DNA of 64,000 bases from Acidobacteriota bacterium (GTDB lineage: Bacteria; Acidobacteriota; CAIWXX01), in assembly GCA_040755995.1 (NCBI GenBank), contig JBFMAF010000031.1:83108-147107 (forward strand), in the 5' to 3' direction. Position 1 is the first letter of the stretch. Each line of letters begins with the position of its first letter. Position numbers and translations under genes: made by a program. Below the pieces are notes generated by a model. The model searched no databases. It was not told the DNA's origin and was given only the letters and a program-made list of their open reading frames with translations. Below, piece by piece: positions 20,896 through 29,730 of the stretch.

Positions 20896-21486
20896 ATGAG
20901 ACTCGTGTCCACGGTGTTCTTGATGTTGTTTGCCGTTCAGCTCGTCGCTGCGCAGGAGCCCAAGCCGGCGCAAAGTCCGGAAGAGGCTGCCATGATGCAG
21001 GCCTGGATGCAGTTCGCAACCCCGGGCGAGCCCCACAAGAAGATGCAGCAAATGGTCGGCGTGTGGGACAGCACCATAAAGATGTACATGGACCCCGGCG
21101 CGCCGACCGAAAGCAAAGGGACATCCACGTACACCTCGCTCATGGATGGGCGGTATGTCCAGGAGGTGGCTGAGGGCGTGTTCAACGGGATGCCATTCCA
21201 CGGCCTCGGGATCTACGGGTACGACAACTTGAAGAAGAAGTACGTTTCGTTATGGATCGACAACATGGGGACCGGGTTGATGGTCGGAACCGGCGAGAGC
21301 CCGGACCAGGGAAAGACCGTGAACTGGACTGCCACTTCCTCCGACCCGATGCTCGGGAAAGAGTCCACTTACCACAGCGTGGTGAAGGAGATCACCGCGG
21401 ACCAGTTCACATTCGAGATGTCCGGGCCCGGTCCGGATGGAAAAGAGATGAAGATGATGGAGATGACCTACACGCGCAGGAAGTAG
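20896..21486 (+). CDS. Secreted DUF1579-family protein
   Basis: Signal peptide; TPGEPHK, F.G.G..GYDN.KKKY.S.WIDNMGTG, ME..Y.R; upstream TTGAGA-18-TACAAT. Confidence 0.85.
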   Translation: MRLVSTVFLMLFAVQLVAAQEPKPAQSPEEAAMMQAWMQFATPGEPHKKMQQMVGVWDSTIKMYMDPGAPTESKGTSTYTSLMDGRYVQEVAEGVFNGMPFHGLGIYGYDNLKKKYVSLWIDNMGTGLMVGTGESPDQGKTVNWTATSSDPMLGKESTYHSVVKEITADQFTFEMSGPGPDGKEMKMMEMTYTRRK

Positions 21487-21503
21487 GCCTCTCCATCAGG
21501 AAC

Positions 21504-21529
21504 GGGAGGGCGTCCGCGCGCGCCCTCCC
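21504..21529. terminator. GC-rich hairpin between convergent genes
   Basis: GGGAGGGCG-N8-CGCCCTCCC; no clear U-tract. Confidence 0.4.
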
Positions 21530-21679
21530 AGCTCCGGCTCTTCGCCGCATCGAGACGCGCGATCGCGGCGGATCAATAAGACCGTCGGCTCGATATTCGC
21601 CGGCCTCCGCCTTCTCCCGGCTATCGGAAACCGGGGAGCAACAGGGCTTCAGTCCACCAAGTGCGTGGGGCCGTCAGGC

Positions 21680-23113
21680 TCAGTCGGTGACCAGCAGGTC
21701 AGCCAGCAGCACGATCTTGTGGCCGCCCTGCGTGCGGAAATAGCGCGGGAGGCTCCCGGCCTCGCGCCGGGCATCCTTGGATGTCCGATACAGCCCCCAG
21801 CACACGTTGTAACACTTGCGGCCCTTGAACAGTGTCGAGAGCACGAACAGCGAGGGACTGGAATCGCCGTTTTCGAAGGCCGTCTGCACCGACCTGGTCT
21901 CGCAGTCCGTCTCGAGTACCACCGTGTAATAGTTCAGGCCGGCCTTCAAGAGCCGCTCGCGGCTGATGTCCACCGCCCTGTCTATCTCGCCCGACCCGAC
22001 CGCTGCGAGCAACGGATCCAACTCCTCTCCAGCCGCCTCCTGCGTCTGGGGCACAGGCTGGGTCTGCGGCAGCTGCGGTTCCTGGAAGAAGGACGGGGCC
22101 TCGGTGCGGACAGGCTCCCTGCGCAGCGTGGGTCCCCGCACCCAGTAGAGCACCCCGGCAACCACCGCCAGGGCTCCGACGAGAATCACGAGCAGCACGG
22201 GCAGTGAGAGATGCCGCCGGCGGTGCGCCGTGCGCGCCGCCTCTTCCTCGTTGGCGAGGAAGCTGATCGACCTCTGCACCGTGGCCTCCCGGCTCTCGGC
22301 GGCGGGGCCCGCGCCGGTCGATGGGCCGGACGTCCCGGCCGCGACCGCTGCCGCCGCCTTAAACGGGAGCTTCACCGTGCGCGATAACTCATCCGGCATC
22401 ATTCGTCGCAGCGCGCCCGCCAGTTCCATCGCGTACAGGAACTTGCACACGTTGAAGTTGTCCTGCGACGAATTGCGGCAGATCTCCTCGACGGTACGCT
22501 CTCCATCCACGAGCTGCACCAGCGGCTGCAGCTCCTCGGGCGCATACGAAATGCTCGTGCTGAGCGCATCCCCCCCGATCGTCTCCAGCGCCAACACGGC
22601 GTCCATCGGGAGCATCTTGGCGATCCAGTGCCGATCCTCGCACTGCATGACCGAATCGATGAGGACCGCGGGCGCGGCGAAAGCCGGGCCCTCCCATTCG
22701 ATCCGCGAGGGCTGAAGGCGATACTGCCCCACTGCCGAAAGCGGTAGCATCGAAGCGATCACGCTGACCATCTGCGCGTTGGCGATGCCCTCCCATTCCC
22801 TCGGCGTGAGCAGCCCGGAGCGCACGAACGCCGTGCCCGCGTCTTCCTCCACGGGCTTGCGATCGAGCACCGCCGAGATCTGATCCTCGCTCAGCTTTCC
22901 GCTGGCCCGCAGAAACTCCTCGATAGTGTCCTCGACACGATCCGATGTGAGCCCTACGAGGTTGCCGTCCTTGAAGGTGATGATTCGCATCGAATTGGGC
23001 TGGTCGAACTTGAGCGCGCCGGTGAATCGGGAGTTCCAGATGCGGAGCAGGAGGGCGGGAAGCCCGGCGCCTTCGAAGCTCCCCTGTTCCATTCCCGAGA
23101 GGATCGTAGACAT
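21680..23113 (-). CDS. DUF4388 (PatA-N-like) domain protein with TM helix and C-terminal SPOR-like domain
   Basis: GSFE...LPALL..IW.SRFTGAL; LVDGERTVEEI; one TM; YTVVL...CY.VCWGLY.T..DA.. Confidence 0.75.
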   Translation of the reverse strand: MSTILSGMEQGSFEGAGLPALLLRIWNSRFTGALKFDQPNSMRIITFKDGNLVGLTSDRVEDTIEEFLRASGKLSEDQISAVLDRKPVEEDAGTAFVRSGLLTPREWEGIANAQMVSVIASMLPLSAVGQYRLQPSRIEWEGPAFAAPAVLIDSVMQCEDRHWIAKMLPMDAVLALETIGGDALSTSISYAPEELQPLVQLVDGERTVEEICRNSSQDNFNVCKFLYAMELAGALRRMMPDELSRTVKLPFKAAAAVAAGTSGPSTGAGPAAESREATVQRSISFLANEEEAARTAHRRRHLSLPVLLVILVGALAVVAGVLYWVRGPTLRREPVRTEAPSFFQEPQLPQTQPVPQTQEAAGEELDPLLAAVGSGEIDRAVDISRERLLKAGLNYYTVVLETDCETRSVQTAFENGDSSPSLFVLSTLFKGRKCYNVCWGLYRTSKDARREAGSLPRYFRTQGGHKIVLLADLLVTD

Positions 23114-23303
23114 GACTAGCGCGGCACTACCGCGGAGCGATGAAGCATGACCCGCTCCACCGTACCCAGGCCGGAGGCCTGTACCCGTACGCGTACCCGA
23201 TCGGGACCGTGAACGGGAAGGGGTATGGGTCCGGATTCAGGCCAATGACTCGCCGCTCCACCACACCTACTCAATCGCAACATGTTCCTCGTCTCAAGCA
23301 ATT

Positions 23304-25667
23304 CTACGGCTCCCGGCGCGCTCCAACAGCCTCGGCCGTGCCGGCCTGCGCTCGGGCCTTCGGCGCAAGCCCGGGGTAGATGGCCCGGTACCGGTAGTAG
23401 TCCGTCAAGATCCGGACGATGTAGTTGCGCGTCTCGGGATAGTTGACCTCGGTCAAGTATTGGTGGATCTCGCTGGTGCCCGCCATTCGCAGCCACAGCT
23501 TGCCCTGTTCCTCCCCGGCGTTGTAGGAGGCCAGCACGGGAGCGATCGCGTTGGAGAACTGCCGGGAGAGCTTGGAGACGTAGTAGGCACCGAGCCGGAT
23601 CGAGAGATCCGGGTCATAGAGATCATCTTCGTGCAGGCTCCCACCCCCCAGCTCGCTCTGCACCTGCGAGGCTGTGCTCGGGATGAACTGGAGCAGCCCG
23701 CGGGCCCCCGCGCTGCTCCGGGCAAACGTGTTGAACCGGCTCTCCTGCCGGATCAGCGAGTAGAAGAGATAAAGGTCCAGGTCGGCGGCCGCCGCCTTAT
23801 CTACGATTGTAGTAAAGTTCAGCGGGTAGAGAAGCTCCTTCAACCTTGCCGGCAACAGGTCGAATTCGAAGTCTCGGGGAAGCAGGTCGATGAGCGATTC
23901 CGTACGCAGCATCGCCATGTAGGCGGTCCCGCCGCGCTGGTAGTAGTCGGCGATAGAGAAGAGGGCCGGAAGCGATACCAGCCTCCCGTGACGGGCCGCG
24001 TCCATTTCGCGGGCCGCGTCCGCATAGCATCCCAGGTAGGTGAGCTCCCCGGCCGTGCTTCGATCTCCGGTCTTCCGCGCGTCGATGATTGTGCCTCGCG
24101 GTGGAAGGGTCGAGAGGTCGAGGAAGTCGCGGTACTTCGGGAGGCGCGCATAGACGTCCCGCAGCCTCTGAATCGTTGTTTCGCGCCGCGAGGGGTATCT
24201 GTGGAGGAGGTACGACAGGAGCTTCCTGCTCTCTTCGAGCCGTCCCGAGGCCAGGTGGGCCTCGGCGCGGCCCAGCTCCTGGTCGTATCCGTTCGAGAAC
24301 GATGCCAGCGACGCTTCTGCCAGTCTCTCCCCCGCCAGCGTGGCATAGAAGCTGGACGGGTAGAGCCGGATGATCGCGTCGCAGGCGGAGACGGCTTCGC
24401 CGAGGTTTCCCATTCGCTGGCAGGTCCAGGCCTTCCAGTAGAGGATCTCAGCGCGACGCGACGCGGGCTCGGCTTCCAGCAGCGCGTCCAGCTGCACCAC
24501 CACGTCGGCCAGCTTGCCTTCGGCGGCCAGCGTTCTCACGGCCCTGAACTTCATGTAGTAGAACATGGACCTGTGACGACCGAGGATCTCTCTCGCGGTC
24601 GCGAGAGCGCGTTCCCTCTGCCCGGACAGTTCCTGGCAGCTGAGTATCCGCAGCCTCACGGACAGATCGTTCTGCGGGGACGGCGCGAGCGGGAGCGCGC
24701 GCTGGTAGCGCTCTTCGGCGCGCAAGAAGTCCTGGCGCTTGTAGAGGATCTCGCCCTGGAACCACACCGCCCAGAACCTGTAGGTCCCGCGCAGAGTCCC
24801 CTCGGCATCCTCGAACCAGGCCAGTGCATCGGCCTTCTTGCCGGAGCTGTCGAGCGACCGGCCGATGGCGTAGATCAGGTCGTCGGAGGACTGGCCGCGG
24901 TCGTCGTAAAGGATGCGGTAGTAGAAAAGGGCGCGTTCGAAGTTGCGGTTAGCGTAATACAGATCGGCGCGTCGTTCGAGGTCGTCGTTGGACAGCCGCG
25001 CAAGATCCTCCTCGGTCTCGTCGAGCTCGATGAGGCCCAGGGCCTTGAGCACCCCGTCCGACTTGCTCCTGCGCCGCATTGCGTCATTCACCAGGCGATG
25101 GGCCTCGACGACCCTGTCCAGCCGCGCCAGGCATCGCACGCGCTCGTACAGCAGGTCGCGGCCCGCGAGCGTCCTCGACGTGAGCCCGGCGAGCGCCTTC
25201 TCGTAAGCTCCGTCTTCGAGCAGGCTGAGGGCGTGTTCATAGGCCGCCTGCGGTGCGAGAAGGCTCGTGGGGCGGCTGAGGACGAGCTCCAGGTACACGC
25301 GCTGTTCGGCCCGCTTTCCGGCTTCCTTCTCCATCTGCGCGAGCTGCCAGGCCGCGTACTCGGAGAGCTCGCGCGATTCCAGCGCCGCCGTGAAGTACCG
25401 CCGGGCGGTTTCGCGCTGCCCGAGGCGGTCCGTGACGATCCCGGCCAGGTAGGGATAGTTGTTGGCGCGAAAGAGCTGAGCGTCCGTGCGCTCCAGTTCC
25501 TGCAGCGCATACGCGGCCTTGGCGTCGTCGCCCGAGCGGACGAAGACCTCGATCTGCCCTGCCAGCGTCTCGAACTTGATCTGGTCCGCGCGCATGGTGG
25601 CGGCGAAGATCAGGAGCAACATGGCCGGCTGTGCAGCTGCCCGGACAAACCTCTGCAGCGGCCTCAT
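23304..25667 (-). CDS. Soluble lytic transglycosylase (Slt70-like) with TPR repeats
   Basis: IRQESRF (catalytic Glu), SSAGARGLLQF, ASYNAG, ETRNY; GGAGGA RBS before 25667. Confidence 0.92.
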   Translation of the reverse strand: MRPLQRFVRAAAQPAMLLLIFAATMRADQIKFETLAGQIEVFVRSGDDAKAAYALQELERTDAQLFRANNYPYLAGIVTDRLGQRETARRYFTAALESRELSEYAAWQLAQMEKEAGKRAEQRVYLELVLSRPTSLLAPQAAYEHALSLLEDGAYEKALAGLTSRTLAGRDLLYERVRCLARLDRVVEAHRLVNDAMRRRSKSDGVLKALGLIELDETEEDLARLSNDDLERRADLYYANRNFERALFYYRILYDDRGQSSDDLIYAIGRSLDSSGKKADALAWFEDAEGTLRGTYRFWAVWFQGEILYKRQDFLRAEERYQRALPLAPSPQNDLSVRLRILSCQELSGQRERALATAREILGRHRSMFYYMKFRAVRTLAAEGKLADVVVQLDALLEAEPASRRAEILYWKAWTCQRMGNLGEAVSACDAIIRLYPSSFYATLAGERLAEASLASFSNGYDQELGRAEAHLASGRLEESRKLLSYLLHRYPSRRETTIQRLRDVYARLPKYRDFLDLSTLPPRGTIIDARKTGDRSTAGELTYLGCYADAAREMDAARHGRLVSLPALFSIADYYQRGGTAYMAMLRTESLIDLLPRDFEFDLLPARLKELLYPLNFTTIVDKAAAADLDLYLFYSLIRQESRFNTFARSSAGARGLLQFIPSTASQVQSELGGGSLHEDDLYDPDLSIRLGAYYVSKLSRQFSNAIAPVLASYNAGEEQGKLWLRMAGTSEIHQYLTEVNYPETRNYIVRILTDYYRYRAIYPGLAPKARAQAGTAEAVGARREP

Positions 25668-25988
25668 CCCCGATCCTCCGCTATATCCTCTCACAGTACT
25701 TCGGCCCAGATCATCCCAATCATCTTGATGCACTCTGGTCTGCGGACATGGTCCGTCAACCAGAACCAGCGACGAACACTAATTATACCGTCCGCGAAAC
25801 ACCCCACACAATCGGATCGCCAGAAACATCATCCGGGCGCGCCAGCGCCGATTTCGAGACAACATGCTGTCGCCGGACGATCGGCGGCGTCCGCAGGCCA
25901 GGCTGGCGCGTTTTTCTCCTTTCGGATGTCGCATGCCGGACCGAACGCCGGCAGCTCGGAGCGAATCCGAATTCCGGAAGCCGAAATT

Positions 25989-26909
25989 CTAGGTCTCTCT
26001 CACCGCCCCGAGTATCTCCCGAACGGTGCGATCGGCCTCCGTCGAAGCGACCTGGCAGGTGCCTGCGCCTCGGTGCCCGCCTCCGCCGTATCGCGCCATC
26101 AATGCGCCAACGTCGGTCTTGGAGGTTCGGTTGAAGATGTTGTGGCCGACCTGAATGGATACCTTCTCGCCGCCTTTGACGGCTGCAAGGCGGACCGAGA
26201 TGTTGGTGGCGCCTGCGCCCGGCAGCGTGTACACCAGGAATCGGTTGGCGGGGGGAATGTTCGCAACGCTTCTCAGGTCCGTGATCAGCATGTTCCCTTC
26301 AATCCTGCTCTGGCCGCCGTACACTCGTCGCGCCTCCGCATCCAGCGCCTTGTAGCGTTCCACCCGCTCTTTCACGTCCGGCATTTCGAGGATCTCCTTG
26401 GCCGAGTGCCGGAGCAGCAGACCGGGCATCATGTCCGTCAGCTGCTTGTTGCTGATCCTATAGTTGTGCTCGAAGCCAAGCCCCGTTCTGGGGTCGACCA
26501 GAAAGACCAACAGCATTTCGGGCGACGGGCGGAGGACGTCGTCGAGCGTGAGATTGGCGCTGTCGAAGCGATCCACGACCTCAAGGAGAGGCTGGAATCG
26601 CTGGAGCTCCGGATGATCGCCCAGAAAGTAATCATAGACAAGCCGCGCGGCGCTGGGCGCCAGGCCATAACGCCCCTTGAACTGCGCCGGCTGCCTCCCC
26701 GGGGCCTCCTCGCTGCTGTGGTGGTCGAACCACATCGCACAGCCCTCCACATACGGTAGGTTGCACACAACGTCATCCGGCGTGATCGCAAACACGCCGT
26801 CCTGTACGTCCTTCGGATGAGCCTGGACGACGTTGTCTATGAGCCCCGCCGCTTTGAGAAGCACAGCGCACATGATCCCGTCCACATCGCCACGAGTGAC
26901 AAGCCGCAT
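25989..26909 (-). CDS. DHH/DHHA1 family phosphoesterase (exopolyphosphatase/nanoRNase-like)
   Basis: RLVTRGDVDG, HPKDVQDG, WFDHH, YGGGGHRGAGTCQ. Confidence 0.9.
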   Translation of the reverse strand: MRLVTRGDVDGIMCAVLLKAAGLIDNVVQAHPKDVQDGVFAITPDDVVCNLPYVEGCAMWFDHHSSEEAPGRQPAQFKGRYGLAPSAARLVYDYFLGDHPELQRFQPLLEVVDRFDSANLTLDDVLRPSPEMLLVFLVDPRTGLGFEHNYRISNKQLTDMMPGLLLRHSAKEILEMPDVKERVERYKALDAEARRVYGGQSRIEGNMLITDLRSVANIPPANRFLVYTLPGAGATNISVRLAAVKGGEKVSIQVGHNIFNRTSKTDVGALMARYGGGGHRGAGTCQVASTEADRTVREILGAVRET

Positions 26910-27254
26910 GGGTACCTCCTTCTTGATTTCACGAACAGGCTGTCGCGCGCCGCAGGGCGCGCGAGATATCCCGGATCATGAGGACAGGGTAGCAACGGCG
27001 GGGGAGCAAGTCAATGCAAAATGCAAAATGGCCGGACCCCAGTGCAGGCGCTGGGCCGTGCTATCTGCGTGATGCGGCGGAATCTGCGCGATCTGCGGAT
27101 TCGCGCGCTGTCACTCCCGGTTGTGCCGTCGCATTCGGCGGATGCACCAGACGAGCCGGCGAGTCCAGGTTTCTTGTGCGGCCGCCGCTTTCTGCATAGA
27201 ATGTCCCGCGGTGATGAGAAGTCCGGAAGGGGTGCTTTCCAGGGGGTCTGCTGC

Positions 27255-28064
27255 ATGGCGAGAATCATCACGGTAGCGAGCCAGAAGGGCGGCGTGGGCA
27301 AGACCACCACCGCTTTGAACCTGGGGTTCAGCTTGAGTCGACTGGGCCAGCGCGTGCTGGTCGTAGACGCGGACCCGCAGGGCGGTATGGCAATCGCCAG
27401 CAATCTGAGCAGAAGAACGTCGCTCGGCCTCGTCCAGATCATCAGGCGAACGGCATCGCCGAAGGACGTCCTGGCCTACACGCGCGACAGGCAGATGGCG
27501 GCGATCGGCACGGGACTTTCCGACCCCGATGAAGTCGTGTTCTTCGAGGACGCCGCGAGGAGCGGCGCACTTGGAGCCAAGATTCTCGTGCTCTCCGCGG
27601 GATTCGACTACGCCGTGCTGGATGCGCCGGCGGGGGTGGGGAGCATCGTCCAGGCGCTGTTGCACGTGAGCGACGGTGTCGTTCTGGTAGTCCGGTGCCA
27701 GAACATCCTGCTCAAGAGTCTTCCGGTCTTCTTGCGGCTTGTGCAGCGCGTCAGAAAGACGAGGAATCCAAAGCTCCGGATGGACGGCGCTGTCGTGACG
27801 ATGTTCGACGACCGCGATCCGGCCGAGGCCCAGTTCTGCGAAGAATTCACCGGCAGTCTCCCCGAAACAGTGTTTCTGAAGACGCGAATCCGATTCGATC
27901 CGGTCTTCGAAAGGGCGAGTGTCAAAGCGGTTCCGGTGGCAATGATGCCGGGGGCCGACGCTGCCGCTCGCTCGTACCTGGACCTCGCTTTCGAGCTTCG
28001 GGAGAGAGACATGCGACGCATGGCAGAAGGAGGAACCCATGAGCCCACTGAAGGACTCTTCTGA
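27255..28064 (+). CDS. ParA/Soj family ATPase (orphan)
   Basis: Deviant Walker A SQKGGVGKTTT, VDADPQG, DYAVLDAP; no parB adjacent. Confidence 0.92.
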   Translation: MARIITVASQKGGVGKTTTALNLGFSLSRLGQRVLVVDADPQGGMAIASNLSRRTSLGLVQIIRRTASPKDVLAYTRDRQMAAIGTGLSDPDEVVFFEDAARSGALGAKILVLSAGFDYAVLDAPAGVGSIVQALLHVSDGVVLVVRCQNILLKSLPVFLRLVQRVRKTRNPKLRMDGAVVTMFDDRDPAEAQFCEEFTGSLPETVFLKTRIRFDPVFERASVKAVPVAMMPGADAAARSYLDLAFELRERDMRRMAEGGTHEPTEGLF

Positions 28065-28590
28065 AATCCAGGAGGCGATCCGGCTGCTGAGGGAGATCTC
28101 GGAGGAGAGCGAGCGGTCGAGGACCGGCGCTCCGTGGGAGGCCCAGCGGCCTCCCTTTCCCGCGGCACGAGATGCTGAAGATGTCGAAATAGAAAGACGC
28201 GGGGTCGATGAGAGACACCTGGGCGAAATGGACGAAGTGCGAACCGCTGTGATGCAGCTCGCGCACGAGGGGGCGGTATTGGCGCCGGCACCGCAGGCCC
28301 CGACCTCAGATACTGTGACCAGCGAGCCCGCGCCGGAGACGCGCCAGGAAGCGCCGGCGGGTACTCCGCTGGAGGCTCCTTTCCCGGCCATTGCCGCGAC
28401 CGGGTCGGCCGTCGAGCCGGTAGCTGATCGACCTGCTGCCGATGAGAAGGCAGTCGATGAGTCGCACGAGGGCGAGCCGCAGCCGCCCTGGGTCGGAATG
28501 GTTGAGGCCCGTGCTGAATCGGCAGTCCAGTCGCCTACGTGGCCAGCCTTTGAAGAGGGGCCTCCCGGCGGTACAGCCGAGGTGTATTAG
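28039..28590 (+). CDS. Hypothetical acidic, Pro/Ala/Glu-rich protein, coupled to parA
   Basis: Start overlaps the parA end with AGGAGG RBS; short N-terminal helix then low-complexity sequence. Confidence 0.55.
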   Translation: MSPLKDSSEIQEAIRLLREISEESERSRTGAPWEAQRPPFPAARDAEDVEIERRGVDERHLGEMDEVRTAVMQLAHEGAVLAPAPQAPTSDTVTSEPAPETRQEAPAGTPLEAPFPAIAATGSAVEPVADRPAADEKAVDESHEGEPQPPWVGMVEARAESAVQSPTWPAFEEGPPGGTAEVY

Positions 28591-28711
28591 CAGGTATCTC
28601 AGGACCGATGGTTCGACCGCGGAGCCTCGAAGTGTGGCGCGCCGATGGTGTCAGGCGGCCGCCCGGACGGCGTACTTATGGGGGCGAGAGAAGGTGCTTG
28701 CGGAGCGTAGG

Positions 28712-29557
28712 ATGTACAAGCGTGTAATCGAAGGGGTGCGCGCGACGTTTCGGAGGCGGCATCCGATCGCCGATGGTAGAGGTACGCTGGTGTTGATCGG
28801 TGGGGCCGAAGACCGGAGTCGAAGCGGCCAGGTGATGAGCCGGCTCGTCGAGATCGCCAGGCCGAAGAGCGTCGCGGTCATTCCCACCGCCACCTCGCAG
28901 CCGTCCGAGCTCGGGCGTGAGTATCGGAACGCGTTCGTCGACCTGGGAGTCGGCGAGGTCACGGTCCTGCAGGTCCAACACCCTGATCAGGCCGACCGCC
29001 AGGAGAATCTGCAGGCGGTCGAGGAGGCAGAGCTGATCTTCTTCACTGGCGGGAACCAGTTCAAGCTGGTCGAGGCGCTGAAGGGTACGGCGTTGCTCGA
29101 CAGGGTTTTCAAGAAATACCACGAGGGTGCCACCATTGCGGGCACCAGCGCCGGCGCTGCCTCGGCCGGAGAGTTCATGATCGCCAACGGTGACAATCAC
29201 GGATTGGACAAGGGATCTGTCCGCTGCGAGAAGGGATTCGGTTTCCTGGAAAAAACCGTAGTGGACACGCACTTTGTCGAGCGCGGCCGGATTCACCGGC
29301 TGGCGCAGGTGCTGTCGAGCGGCATCGTCCGGCGAGGAATCGGACTCGCGGAGGACACAGCGGTCGTGGTTCACGCTGGAGCGTCGTTCGACGTCATCGG
29401 TGCGGGCTTCGTGACTGTGTTGAACAGCGAGGCGCTCTCGTTCTCCAACTATGATCAGGTCGGCGACCGCGAGCGACTCGCCGTCGATGGGATCCGCGTC
29501 GGCTTCCTGCCACCAGGCGTGTCCTTCGACTTGACGGCCTGGTCGATCACATCGTGA
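28712..29557 (+). CDS. cphB: Cyanophycinase (peptidase S51)
   Basis: LIGGAED, IPTAT, IFFTGGNQ, AGTSAGA (Ser nucleophile), VDTHF.ERGR..RL, GIGLAEDTA. Confidence 0.95.
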   Translation: MYKRVIEGVRATFRRRHPIADGRGTLVLIGGAEDRSRSGQVMSRLVEIARPKSVAVIPTATSQPSELGREYRNAFVDLGVGEVTVLQVQHPDQADRQENLQAVEEAELIFFTGGNQFKLVEALKGTALLDRVFKKYHEGATIAGTSAGAASAGEFMIANGDNHGLDKGSVRCEKGFGFLEKTVVDTHFVERGRIHRLAQVLSSGIVRRGIGLAEDTAVVVHAGASFDVIGAGFVTVLNSEALSFSNYDQVGDRERLAVDGIRVGFLPPGVSFDLTAWSITS

Positions 29558-29730
29558 GACGCGGAGACGCGAGGAAATTGGGCCACGTTGGGGTCTCCGC
29601 GTCCGCTGCGAGGCCCGCCCCTTCGGCCTCGCCGCCGCTAAGACTCGGCGAGCCGCGTCAACACCCGGCCACCTCGACCCGTGGCTATCAGCCATTCCAG
29701 CCCCTATAGTATATTTTCGATGGAGGTTGC

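Noticed and set aside
23460..26759. 1099-aa plus-strand ORF
   Set aside because: Antisense shadow of the slt and DHH genes in GC-rich DNA; no recognisable motifs
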